Part shown: in pieces, positions 12,657 through 24,435 of the stretch
Position numbering within the stretch: the first letter of the stretch is position 1
Layout of the letters: the number at the start of each line of letters is the position of its first letter
Source: Callorhinchus milii
Taxonomy: Eukaryota
DNA: 64,000 nt
Reading direction: 5' to 3'
NCBI RefSeq assembly: GCF_018977255.1
Contig: NW_024704743.1
Location: forward strand, 115,508,001-115,572,000
The notes under the pieces: model-generated
What the model was told of the DNA's origin: nothing
The model's input: only the letters and a program-made list of their open reading frames with translations
Databases searched by the model: none
Made by a program: the position numbers and the translations under genes

Positions 12657-12785
12657 ATAATAATAATAATCTTGCATTTAATATAGCTCCTTATCACATC
12701 TTCGAGACTTCTCACAGCGCTTCACAGAAAGTACGGTAAAGTGAATTGACTGTATATTTTCTGGGTGAAATGCAGCAGCCAATTG
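12657..12785 (-). mobile_element. tRNA-Deu SINE 3' fragment
   Basis: Tail plus Deu segment. A further tail fragment lies at about 13155-13270. Confidence 0.85.
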
Positions 12786-14084
12786 TCGGGAGTGTAGTGC
12801 TGGCAGAGCGGTCCGGAGCATCATTCTGACACCTAAAATCTGTAATGAAGAGATAGGTGAATGGTTTGTGTGGGGCGGGTTGATGGAAGGCAGATGGTCC
12901 AGTGAGAAGAGGGGGAAAGATTATTTTGGATCCGTAGTGACTGTTTTCAACTGATTTGCTGTGATTCCATTTTGAAGATAAAACCATCAAACAGCTGATT
13001 TTAATGAAAGATGTATGAATCCTTATTTCAGTGAAATGAAAGTAGAATGTTGGGTTTTTAACTTTATTTTCTTATTCTTGAAATTGTAAATGCCTTCAGA
13101 ACAGTCTGGTAGTATTTGCAAGTGTTTATAATGGAAGTTCCCTATTGTTGTAGTATAATGATAATAATCCTTGCATTTGATATATCACCTTATGGATAAT
13201 TACGACATCTCAAAGCGCTTCACAGAATATATTGTAAAATGAATTAACTATATATTTTGTGAGCAAAACTTCTAATTTTATCCGCTTCAGTTGAGTGTAA
13301 TATTAAGTAGACGCGACTGTATGACTGAAAAGGTTTGAGTGCCTATTGAGTTTCTTGTGGATATGTCAAGCCATGTTAGAGAATTGGGCAGCAAGCATTC
13401 AGAAAAAAGTTTTAAAAATTGTCGTCTTGATAACATGTTAGTTCAGCATATTATTATTTGGTGCTGGAAACTTTTGTATGACCACCTGCTGTAAAGTCAT
13501 TAAATCCCACAATTTACACCAGCTGTAAGGCATAAGGAAAATTTCTCGTAAACGTGGTTAGTCCAAGTCGTTTTGTACTTTTGCCTCGCTGTTTTCCAAC
13601 TACTTAAATATGGAGCTTAATTATTATTTTTAACCTTACAGGTTTTTTTAAGAATTGAAGGCATATCTTACACAAAACTTCATTGGGAGTGTTCTCTTTT
13701 TTAATTTAGTTATTTTGGTTGTTTTTAATAACAAAGTTTTTGTTATAACAAATAACGAAGCTTTGTTAAAAAAACTCAGATACATTTGTTTATTGTCTCA
13801 GACTTTCAACACTTCAAGAGTTATTATTCTGTGGGTCACAGTAAGAAGTGTTGTCGAGGCAAAGACTGACTAACAATATTTATTCCAAGGAAATATCTGG
13901 TGAGAGATCAGTTCAAGTCTGTTTGTGCAATCTTTGCATAGGTAGGAGATGCAAGTGTAAACACTAATGATGTGGTACAGATAATATTACAGACCTCCTG
14001 GCATTTTTCCTATTTGTAGACATAGTATATAGAATTAAGAAATTATAAAAAAATCAGAGTCCAATTTCAATTTATGATGCATTG

Positions 14085-14400
14085 GCTGAACTCACCAGGC
14101 AGCAATTGGGGTACTATAATTGCCCTTCATAATCCCCCTGGGGTACAAGGGGCACAATCAGCCAGGGTTACTGCTGTTGATATCCAGTGATCCAGTGCTA
14201 GAGAGTGTGTGTGTGTCGTCAGATCAATAACGGCCTGTGAGAACAGGATTGGGCTCAGTGGTGATCCTTTGTGTGGTCAAATAAATTGATGACACTCACT
14301 GTCAAGACTAGCACAGAAATAATGGGTACTTGGATGAGCTATCAGATGGTGACCCATTGCAACTAATAAAGCATTATCTGAAGAGCAAGTGAGGAGAGAA
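14085..14400. repeat. Old unclassified interspersed repeat, family B
   Basis: Shared motifs (atccagtga, caggattgggctcagtggtgat, aatggccacttgg) recur at about 31990-32110, 40070-40190, 41485-41600 and 44400-44560. Confidence 0.6.
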
Positions 14401-15114
14401 TTGGAGGGAAACAGCTATCATCTAAGACCTGGGAATATTGCAGCTACAGATCAAACAAATAAACTTTTGTCAACATTAGTTATAACCAGGCATGTTATTA
14501 GCAGTTTGCTTCAGGTGTGTTGCAAACAGCGTAAACCGTGTCAATTTGTTTCAAGGTAGACATGGTCATGAAATTCTTTTTGCGAAGAATGCCAAGATTG
14601 CTGCAACCAATAATGTGCTTCCAGCCCATTACTTAACATAATGTCAAAGGTAGTGACATTAATTTAACCTTGGCAGTTGGTTAATTTACTAGATATGCTG
14701 CAACTTATTTTTGACTCTGAATTAAACTGGAACAGATCCATCTTGCATTCACACCACCTGGTGTGTCTTTAGAAACACCAGGTGATGCCAAGTTGGAGCA
14801 AAAAATATTACATCGATATTCTTATCATACAATGGGAATATCTGGTACAGCAGAAGAACCTTTTAACACTACACTAGCTTCTGTATATAATTTAGAAGAT
14901 TCCAGGCAAGAATTCCTAAGGCATGGGGAGGTTACTCAGTGGGTAAACCTGTGCAGTAAATAATTTATTGCATATTTGAGGAAGAGAGCAATAACTCATA
15001 CCAATGGTACATTTCTGGAGATGCCACGGACATAGTTGATCATTTTCTGGATCTAATTTTTATTTGTTTTTATCCTTCACAGAATATGACCGATACATAG
15101 CATCCCACAGAAGC

Positions 15115-15303
15115 ATGGCAGCTGCTTATCTTGATCCAAACCTGAATCACACAGCAAGTTCGGGAGCCAAAGCACGTTTGAGTATGGAACGGTCTCCCGG
15201 AGCCATGGAACGAGTGCTAAAGGTCTTTCACTATTTTGAGAGTAATAATGAGCCCTTCACCTGGGCCATGAACATCAGGCATGGCGACGCAACAGATGTC
15301 CGG
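15115..15303 (+). CDS. PTK2: PTK2/FAK first coding exon (exon starts 15083; canonical ATG 15115)
   Basis: Translates MAAAYLDPNLNHTASSGAKARLSMERSPGAMERVLKVFHYFESNNEPFTWAMNIRHGDATDVR, the recognisable FAK N-terminus. Acceptor tccttcacAG ends 15082; donor cgg|GTGAGT, phase 0. Confidence 0.97.
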
Positions 15304-15937
15304 GTGAGTTGTTGCTTTTGTAACATTCCAAATCTGTCTAAATCCTTCTGCTAAAAATCAATATATAAAAAAAGGTATTATCAGGATCAAATTTCTAAAT
15401 TCATGTTTAAAACCCCCCCCCGAAACATTTCTTTCATGTACCAGGAATCAGGTGGTACTCGATTTATGAGCTTGGGCAGTGAGCATTTTAACCAGAAAAG
15501 CTTATCAGACTTTCTCTGCCTGATTCTGTTTCTAACAGTTGTGAACAGAAATGAGAATATTGACTGATTTATTGTTTCTCAACCCCCTTTCCCACCCTTG
15601 ACAACAATTCTATTCTACATTCCGTTCTAGCACCTGGCCTAAACTGACTGAAACTTTTTGAATCTGCTTCATAATATTGAGAACTTTAGATAGATCATCT
15701 TCAAAGCCTCCTTTTCCAAAAGGAACAAGTCCAATTCCTTAATCTTTCCTCATTACTTGAAAATCTTGTTTCCGTTTTCCATTCACGTTTGTGATATATC
15801 TCAAAGACAACAACACCTTGCATTTATATAGCTCACCTCATGCAGGGTAGAGTCCCAAAGTGCTTATAATAATATCCTTCCTATGATTATTAAAAGTACA
15901 CACAGTACTTTTGATAGGGTCTGACTAATGTTTTATA

Positions 15938-16051
15938 CCGCACCTTTGGTCACCTTCCCCTCCCCCTGGCTCGGTCCCGGGATCCGTTACTGTAAAGCTC
16001 TCTGAGATGATGTGCAGGGTGGAAGGCGCTATATAAATCCAAATTGTTGTT
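15938..16051 (+). mobile_element. L2 3' end (second L2 family)
   Basis: gggatccgttactgtaaagctctctgaga...ggaaggcgctatataaatccaaattgttgtt; same tail as 24549-25020 on the minus strand. Confidence 0.75.
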
Positions 16052-16227
16052 GCATACAAGAAGTTATGCACCATAACAGTGTAATCTGATTTATATTAAT
16101 TTCTTTGCTTCTTCAACTCAGAACTTTTTTTATACTGCTCCACACCAGTGGATTTATCCACAAATTTATTTCCTGATTATCATGCTGCTTGCCTCTTCAA
16201 TGTAACCATGCCCCAACATAGTTAGTT

Positions 16228-16845
16228 GTCGGCCCGGCTCAGTTGGTACCACTCTTACCTTGGAATTGGCAAGTTGTGGGTTTAATCCCCACATCGGGAC
16301 TTTGAACCCACGGTTCCATCCAATGCTGGGAGTACATTGAATTGTTGCACGTGCTGTCTTTGGATGAGATTGAACTGAGGTCCTGTCTGCTTGCTTGAAG
16401 AGCCTATGGCCCTATTCTGAACATTCATACTTCATTTCCTCTTTCAAAATCAATGAACTTTATCAAACAGGTGAGGAATAGGAGGGAATTTCTCCTAAGT
16501 GTCCTGACCAATATTTCCCCAAATTAAATCAGACATTCATTTCATGACTGTTTGTGGAACATTGTTGTGCATAAATTGGCTGCTGGTATCACCTAATAAG
16601 AAGTCACTTCACTGTGAAGTGCTTTAAGACTCTTCCCCCCACCCTCCCGAGGTGAAATATGCTCTGCCAGTTACAAGGATGATTATTATGTTTTGTTTGA
16701 AACAAAATAAAACAATGATAAATTGGTTATTCTAAATCCACGACTGTTTGTGGGACACTACTGTGCGCAATTGGCTGCCGCGTTTCGCCCACAAATATAG
16801 AAGACGTGAAAAGCGCTATATCAAATGCAAGGATTATTTTATTAT
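16228..16845 (+). mobile_element. Older tRNA/Deu SINE (16228-16690) followed by a young SINE fragment (16715-16845)
   Basis: ggctcagttggtaccactc head, tgaggtcctgtctgc body, tgtttgtggaacattgttgtgcataaattggctgc Deu segment. Confidence 0.75.
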
Positions 16846-16913
16846 TTAACCACATTTAACTGGGTTTGGTTTTAACAATTTACATATTATTTTGCCAGTT
16901 ATTACTGTTATTG

Positions 16914-17241
16914 TGGAGTCCTGTAGCTCAGTGGTTAGAGCACTCGCTTTGCAAGTGAGAGACCTGAGTTCAATTCCAGGCAGAGGGCGAAACCTTGGGC
17001 AAGTTTCCTTACTCCACACAGAGCCTAATAATAATCCCTCCAAAAAAACAAAACAATAATAAATTGGTCATTTTCAATCTACGACTGTTTGTGGGACATT
17101 GCTGTGCGCAATTGGCTGCCGCACTCGCCCACAAATATACAGTCAATTCACTTTTCAGTGTGTTCTGTGAAGCGCTTTGGGACGTCCTCCTGACGTGAAA
17201 AGCGCTATATCAAATGCAAGAATTATTATTATTATTATTAT
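16914..17241 (+). mobile_element. Full-length tRNA(Ala-like)-Deu-L2tail SINE
   Basis: A box tagctcagtgg, anticodon-like arm with TGC, B box gagttcaattcc, Deu-type core tgtttgtgggacattgctgtgcgcaattggctgccgc, hairpin tail, (TTA)n. Confidence 0.93.
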
Positions 17242-17760
17242 TTAATCCTCACCTGTTTAATAAAGCTCATTGATTTTGAAAAAGGAAATGAAGTATGAAA
17301 GTTCAGAATATGCAGCAATATTCATAATGGCTAATGATGCAGAAGAAGCAAGAAATGGTTATTGTGGAAGTGAACTGAGGTTATTGTGGAGATCACTGCA
17401 ATGATCTCATTATTTTTCTCCCCATTGGCACTTTTCACACTTGGTCATATTACCACCATTATGACAAAATGAGTGTACAAACCTGAATGTTGTGCATTAA
17501 GTAGTTCCAGAAATGTCATTCCTGTATGTGTCTAATTACTTATTGAAGTGAATGATAAATGAAACCTAGTTTGCTGGACAAACTTTAAATTCCTTGCATA
17601 TCACTGATAACATTTCTCTGACACTCTAGTGATCAATGCCAGAGTGCGAAAATCACCTGGCAATCAATTATTTTTCCAACTTGATGGAAGACCTATTTAC
17701 AAACCATTTCTAATTGCTCACAGTATCTTTTTCAAATCAGCAGTTTCAGTATGAAAAGGA

Positions 17761-18372
17761 AACAACAACAACAAAATTACATTTGTACAGCGCCTTTCAC
17801 GTCAGGAGGACAGAGATTATGGACCCGAACTGGGAGTGGGGGCGGGTGGAGGGCAGGGAGTGAAGCAGGGAGATCGAAAGCACGGTTGAAGAAGAGGGTC
17901 TTGAGCTGGGTCTTGAAGGTGGCGAGGAAGGGGGTGAGACGGAGGGACTGCGGGATGGAGTTCCAGAGGGTGGATGCAGAGTGGCGGAAGGCCTGCCCAC
18001 CGATAGTGGGGCAAGCAAGGCGGGGAACGTGAAGCAGGCTGGAGCCTGCTGAGCAGAGGGAGCGAACAGGGTGGTAGGGGTTAAGAGGTCGAAGAGGTAG
18101 GGAGGAGCAAGACCATGGAGGACTTTGAAGGTGAGGACCAGGATCTTGAACTGCATCTTCTGTATGATGGGAAGCCAGTGGAGTTGGGCAAGGATGGGGG
18201 TGATAGGGTCGCGGAGCCTAGTGCAGGAGAGGAAACGTGCTGCAGAGTTCTGGATGATCTGCACCCTGTGGAGGGAGGAGTTGGGAAGGCCGACAAGCTG
18301 TGAGTTTGCATAGTCAAGCCTCGATGTAATGAAGGCGTGTATGGGGGTTTCGGCGGCCTGCGGTGTGAGACA
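17761..18372 (-). mobile_element. L2 3' fragment
   Basis: QIIQNSAARFLSCTRLRDPITPILAQLHWLPI; (CAA)n tail at the left end. Confidence 0.93.
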
Positions 18373-18389
18373 GGAAAAGGTACAACTTT

Positions 18390-18885
18390 AATGAGATGTT
18401 TAAACTAAAACAGCAACGACTTTTTAGATAAATATCTAAAAAGGAGTAACTACAGAGTTATGGGCTAAGTCCAGGTTAAAAAAAATACTGAATGGAATGC
18501 TCTTAAAAGAGCCAGCACAGACTCAATGGGATGAATGTTCTTTTTCTGTGTTGTAAATTTCTATAGTTCTATTATCCCGCCCCCATCCAACATCAACACA
18601 ACAGTTTTCGTAACCTCATTTTGTGACAAAAACATTAGATTTTAGTCGTATATAATAATAATCCTTGCATTTTATATAGTGCTTTTCACGTCTTCTCGAC
18701 GAATGAGATGTTTAAACTAATGCAGCAACGGTTTTTTAGATAAATATCTAAAAAGGAGTAACTACAGAGTTATGGGCCAAGGCCAGGTAAAAAATACTGA
18801 ATTGAATGCTCTTAAAAGAACCAGCACAGACACAATGGGATGAATGTTCTTCTTCTGTGTTGGAAATTTCTATAGTTCTATTATC
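18390..18885 (+). repeat. Direct duplication of a CR1 3'-end fragment (18390-18576 and 18702-18885)
   Basis: Two approx. 185-bp near-identical copies ending in gccagcacagac.caatggg...tctgtgttg.aaatttctatagttctattatc. Confidence 0.85.
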
Positions 18886-19365
18886 TTGTGGACTTGTTAT
18901 ATTTCAAAGCTGCATCAATAAGAAGCCCCTGCACAATGCTGGAGTGTTTGATGCCAAACAGTAGCTTCCTGAGAGGGGTGTCTGCTCTTCTGAGGCCGGC
19001 TTTCTGTTTTTTGATTTTTGGGAAATAAATTTTGGGCTCCACATCTCCTCCTATAAGTGTACCCATGTTACCAGAAAAGATTACAGATGTTACAGTACAA
19101 TTCTTTATGCTGCTAACCGTGAAATTTAGATCCATGAGAGAAAATGCATGCTGCTATCATATGAGATTCAATCTATGTTTAACTAGTGGGATTCAACATA
19201 GGATGTACAATAACATCGGACGGACGATTGAATAGTTAGTTGATCAAAACAGATAAACCTTTACTGCACCATCCTTACTAAAAACAGATGGTCAAAATGT
19301 CAAAAGGCAAATTTATACTTTCTGCAAAGCTAACATTGCTCCTTGTGTGAGGTACCTACAAACTT

Positions 19366-19681
19366 GTGTAGTCCTGTAGCTCAGTGGTTAGAGCACTCGC
19401 TTTGCAAGCGAGAGACCTGAGTTCAATTCCAGGCAGAGGCGAAACCTTGGGCAAGTTTCCTTACTCCACACACCTGATAATAATCCCTCCAAAACCAAAA
19501 ACAATAATAAATTGGTCATTTTCAATCTACGGCTGTTTGTGGGACATTGCTGTGCGCAATTGCCTGCCGCGTTCTCCCACAAATATACAGTCAATTCACT
19601 TTACAGTATATTCTGTGAAGCGCTTTGAGACGTCTAGAAGACGTGAAAAGAGCTGTATCAAATGCAAGGATTATTATTATT
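19366..19681 (+). mobile_element. Full-length tRNA-Deu SINE
   Basis: Same architecture as 16914-17241; loop TAGAA. Confidence 0.93.
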
Positions 19682-20931
19682 AAACTCTCCTCTAGGCATA
19701 TTGTGCTTAGAGGAGTTTTAGGAGGCAGTAATAAAATTGAGATTTAGGTCATGAAACCCTGGTAGTAATGTTTGTTGCAACAAATTTGTACTTTTATTTG
19801 TATTCGGGAGTTGGCATTTTATAAACAAATGACATTTGGGAGAAAGTGTAAAACTCCTTTGATGTATCTGTCACCCAACATGCCATGGGTATGATCACTC
19901 TTGTTTTTGCTTCTGTGCAAAGCCAACTACTGTAATAATAGAAGCAATGTGACAAAAAGCTATAATCAATCTCTATTTGTCAGCTTTTCAGAAACCACTT
20001 AAAACCATGTTTTTTTTTCTGTGTTTCCCCTCAAACATCTGTACTTTCTCAGTATACAGTTTTTTGACCACAGATGATTGATTTTTGTATAATATAGAAT
20101 GGCAAGATGATTAAGCTTGTGTACTTGCGAGCTATGTGCAGTTCTACACAAAATAGATGGCAACTCTTTTTTTCAGCTTTACTAAATTATCTGAATAGAT
20201 TGTTAGGAGTATAGTTGAGAAAACAGTGATGGTGTTTATAATTGACAAGTCATGTGGTTTGTCTGAAAAGATGAAAGCTACAGTAATAATTGGTATACAG
20301 TAATGATTGGCACATTTAATTATTTGCACATTAACGCTTCTGAACATTTGGCTCCAATGCAAGTAAGTGGACACAGAGCTGCAAGATACTGGCAAAAAAT
20401 GACAGTTGTGGGCATGTGTGATGTTTTATGCTTGTGCTCAAGGTTACTAAGAATGCAGTTTGTCCACACAGTGCAAGTAAATCTTGTGCTTAGTGACCTT
20501 GTACACATCTGAATTTTTGTTCGCTAATGATATGAAGCTGAATCTCTATATTTAACTTTTATTCAGTGGACTAAAATTTGAGAAGGAAATTGACAGTCTG
20601 AGAGAGGGTGGAGCAGTGAGAGGATGACTGACAGTGTATCTCTTAACAGAATTTTTAAGTTTAGAATCATAGCCAATTTGTATTTTGCATGATGTCCAGT
20701 TATGTGAACTATTTATTATAGTTAGTGTGGGTAATTCGCTCACTACTGTATAGAAAATGCTAAAGGTAGAACTTTAAATAAATGGTGATTATTTTCCTGT
20801 ACCCCAATAATATTCAAGCCTCTTCATTTTTTGCTGCAGATTTCATCTTTATCATATACATATGTTGATTGGGTACGCTAAGTGACAAATGTATCTATAA
20901 TGCCCTTTGAAGCAATGCTTCAAAGGGCATT

Positions 20932-21670
20932 GTGTCAGCCTGGCTCAATTGGCAGCTCGTTTCAGTCAAAAGGTTGTGGGCTCAAGCCCCAGATCGAAAC
21001 TTTGGGCTCCCTGTAGCTTAGAGCACTCGCCTCTCAAGAGAGAGGACCTGGGATCATTTCCCAGATTGGGCGAAACTTTATGGCAAGTTTCCTTACTCCA
21101 CAAACCCTATTCACCTAGCAGTAAGTAGGAACCCGGTTATTAGTCGATTGGCAGATCACATTTCCAGAGGTAATAATCCCTTCAACAAAACTAAATAAAT
21201 AATTTGGTCACTCAATCCACGACTATTTGTTGGACACTGCTGTGCACAACTGGCTGCTGCATTTCTCCCACAAAATATACAGTCAATTCACTTTACAGTA
21301 TATTCTGTGAAATGAAACGCTTTGAGACGTCTCGAAGACGTGAGGAAGGCACTATATCAAATGCAAGTATTATTTATTCATATATTCATCATAAAATTCA
21401 AATATATTCAGTGGTTGGGTGGGGGGGATGGTTTGAGACATTAAAACTGAGGGCCCTGTTCAGGTAAGTGTTAAAGCACTATTCAAAAAAGAGAACGGAG
21501 TTTCTCTTCACGTCCTGGCTAATAATTCCCCAGGATTATTTGCAAGACATTGCCGTGTATGAATTGGCTGCCATGGTCACCTACAAAAACACAGTCACTG
21601 CACTTTACAGCAAATCCTGTGAAGCATTTTGAGACGTCCTCCTGACAGGCGCTGTATCAAGTGTAAGGAC
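20932..21670 (+). mobile_element. Older SINE with a nested long-form young SINE (21004-21378)
   Basis: Old head gtgtcagcctggctcaattgg at 20932; old body resumes at about 21430; the nested copy carries the extra gcagtaagtaggaa segment. Confidence 0.82.
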
Positions 21671-21971
21671 ATTTTAAAATTTATGTACTTGACTACAATA
21701 CAAAATGACATTTGTATAGGGCCTTTCATGTAGGGAGGATATCCTAAGGTGCTGGAATATGAGTCCTAGCTATAAAATGAATGAATTGCCTTTTACATCT
21801 ATATATAAACAGCAAATTTGTTTTCCCTTTACAGTTATTCTGTGTATTATTAGCGGAATTTCATTTTCTTACTCACATGATTGTTTTGAACATTATTTTT
21901 CCAGTCTTATTTTGTGAAAGTTATTTGGAAACTATCCCATCCTAATTGCTAGCCTATTCATAATATTTCAG

Positions 21972-22138
21972 GGTATTATTCAGAAGATTGTAGACTGCCA
22001 CAAGGTGAAAAATGTGGCATGTTTTGGAATTCGACTCAGCCATGTGCATTCAGAAGAGATCCACTGGTTGCATCCAGACATGGGCGTGTCACATATACGT
22101 GAGAAGTTTGAACAGAATCATCCAGCAGAGGAGTGGAG
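21972..22138 (+). CDS. PTK2: PTK2 coding exon 2 (167 nt), FERM F1
   Basis: tttcAG|GGT ATT ATT CAG; GIIQKIVDCHKVKNVACFGIRLSHVHSEEIHWLHPDMGVSHIREKFEQNHPAEEW; ag|GTAAGA, phase 2. Confidence 0.97.
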
Positions 22139-24435
22139 GTAAGAAACAACCTCAAATTTATTTGGAGGAATCAAATCCTTAGATTGATCAGAAAATAGTC
22201 ATCTAAGTTGATACCAGGGCTGCTAACTCTAACTTTATGCTTTATATCTTACCATACTTGTTTTGGACTATCCTTTCACCTTTGAAATGTATGTGCTTGA
22301 CAGCATTATAAATCACTCCAAATGAGGTGGTACTAATGACACTGGATATAGCAAGGATTGTCAAAAGAGATTGTTATGGTCTGTGCCTTTAACAATATTA
22401 CAAATGCAAAGCAGCTTGTCATGAGAGGGAGGCATTTCTTATTCAACACCCTATGACTGAAACTCATCCACAGCTGATAGAATTCAGAATAAAGAGTAAA
22501 ATGATTGGAAAATCTTTGAAGACTGGACAAGACTTGTTTTAATGGGACTGTACTGTGCTGACCTTGAAAAGATGAAGGACTGACTGAACTCAGCAGGCAT
22601 GTGAACGCAGAACCTCTGGTCTCAGTATTTTATTCAAGTGATTAATGTATTTCTGTATTGGTGAAATAAATCAAAATTTTAGCATGACAATCAGTGAAAT
22701 CCATAGATGAGAATCAGTTGAAGGATTTATATATACACAAATATATATATATAGAGAGAGAGAGAGAATATTTCTTGCATTTGATATAGTGCCTTATCAC
22801 ATCATCGAGACAGCTCAAAGTGCTTTACAGGATTTACTGTGAAGTGCAATGACTTGTGTATTTTGTAGGTGAACTCAGCATCTAATTTGCGCACACACTT
22901 TAGGAGTGAATAATTGGAAATCTGGTGAGAAGGTGGGATTAGGGAGATTTGAATGACATAGGCCATAGAATTGCCTGTGACAGAGTGGAAATACGGGGAC
23001 AAATGGTCGTCTTCTTTCCTTAATTCCCTGTTATGTTTCGTGTTTGACCCTTTATCAGAACTGAAAAGGTGAGATGGAGTACCCCTATGTAGAACTGGAC
23101 AAGTAGGATCAATCTTACGTAAAAAGCTTATGACGATGTTTTAAGAAAAAACTATTGCATACACCAAGATGCAGCTTGATTTTCGTTTGTAGATATGAAC
23201 TTTAACAATTAATTGGTGCTGGGAAATGCATATTGGTAGAGTGTTCCATGTACTGAACAGTTGTGACCTGAGACCAGCATTTTCCTTTGAACCAGACTTT
23301 TGAGATACAGTGATTGCAATTATAGTAAGAGTTCAGAATTGTCTTGTGCCGCACATTGGTATTTCAGGAATGGATGGTACATATATGTAGCCTCGGGGGT
23401 TATTTTTATTTAATTTTTTTAATGAGTTTTAATTCTGGTTGTGTGATGGCGTCTGACTGTCTTGAAGAGATTATAACCACATCTTCAAGACTTTATTGTG
23501 AACCATTTAAGAGTGTAAAAGATCTAGCAATCTCTAATAGTAAAATTTGAAAAAATTCACACAGTAGTTTACCAATAACATTGCATAGTTCTTTATGGAG
23601 CATTTGATGTAACATTTGTTTTTGTTATAGATTTACTGGAAAGTATATTTTATCACTGAATGTTACTGTATTATGCATTGTTACTGTATTTACTTGAATC
23701 TAAGGTACATATGATTTTAGAATAATTAGGGGGCAAAAACATTTTAATGCAGGTAGTTTTTAATGAGAAGCCTCCACCTCAGATTTTAGTAAAATTGATT
23801 GTTTCTATTTGTGTGAACCTATAAAAAAAAACACTTGCTACAACAAAGTTTACAAACTGAATGCGAGCAGTATAATGTCAATCTGGTTTTAGTTTTGTTC
23901 CAGCTCTCTTGTCTTCGTTACATAGTCTACTGTTTTCTGGTGATTCACAGACAGTTATTCATAATCCCAATTTACCTGGCACTGACAAGTCATATGATCG
24001 TAACATTTAATGGGTTTGATGTGGTTGTTATCAGTGAAAAACAAATTACACCTCAAGTAGTAATTAACTTTTATTTAGTAAAATCGAAGAATTAGAAGGC
24101 AAAACCCTAATAGATTGTGACATATATTCACTATCAGCATATCAATTTACTTGTGTGTGTGCCATTTTCTTGCAGAGATCCCAAGGGATACTGTTTAATT
24201 AGGGGAATGTGCTGTTAAACGTTATCTTCATTTAGTGGGCATTATTGCTGCAGTCAGTCTCGTCAATGTCAAGCACAGACTACTAGGCATAATGCAATTA
24301 ATCAGCATTTGTTTGAAATTTGTGCGTTTTTTCCATGGTCATTCATTGCTTTGTTTATTCCTTTTTCGTATTTCACTGTTTTTATTCTTTGCTTTCCTTT
24401 TTATTTTTGATCTTTGATATTTGGTTTGACAACAC

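Noticed and set aside
16914..16990. tRNA-Ala(TGC)-like sequence (also 19366, 27440, 44100, 51490, 57845)
   Set aside because: A/B boxes and the anticodon arm are present, but there is no proper acceptor stem and each is followed by SINE body and tail. These are SINE heads, not tRNA genes.
19384..19683. Recurring ORF peptides (MVRALALQARDL..., [10 protein letters not shown]..., KRYIKCKDYYY)
   Set aside because: Chance translations of SINE copies with variable frames; not a gene family.
23028..23100. Penelope-like terminal motif (gtttcgtgtttgaccctttatcagaactg), with similar traces near 63520
   Set aside because: Too short and degenerate to call.
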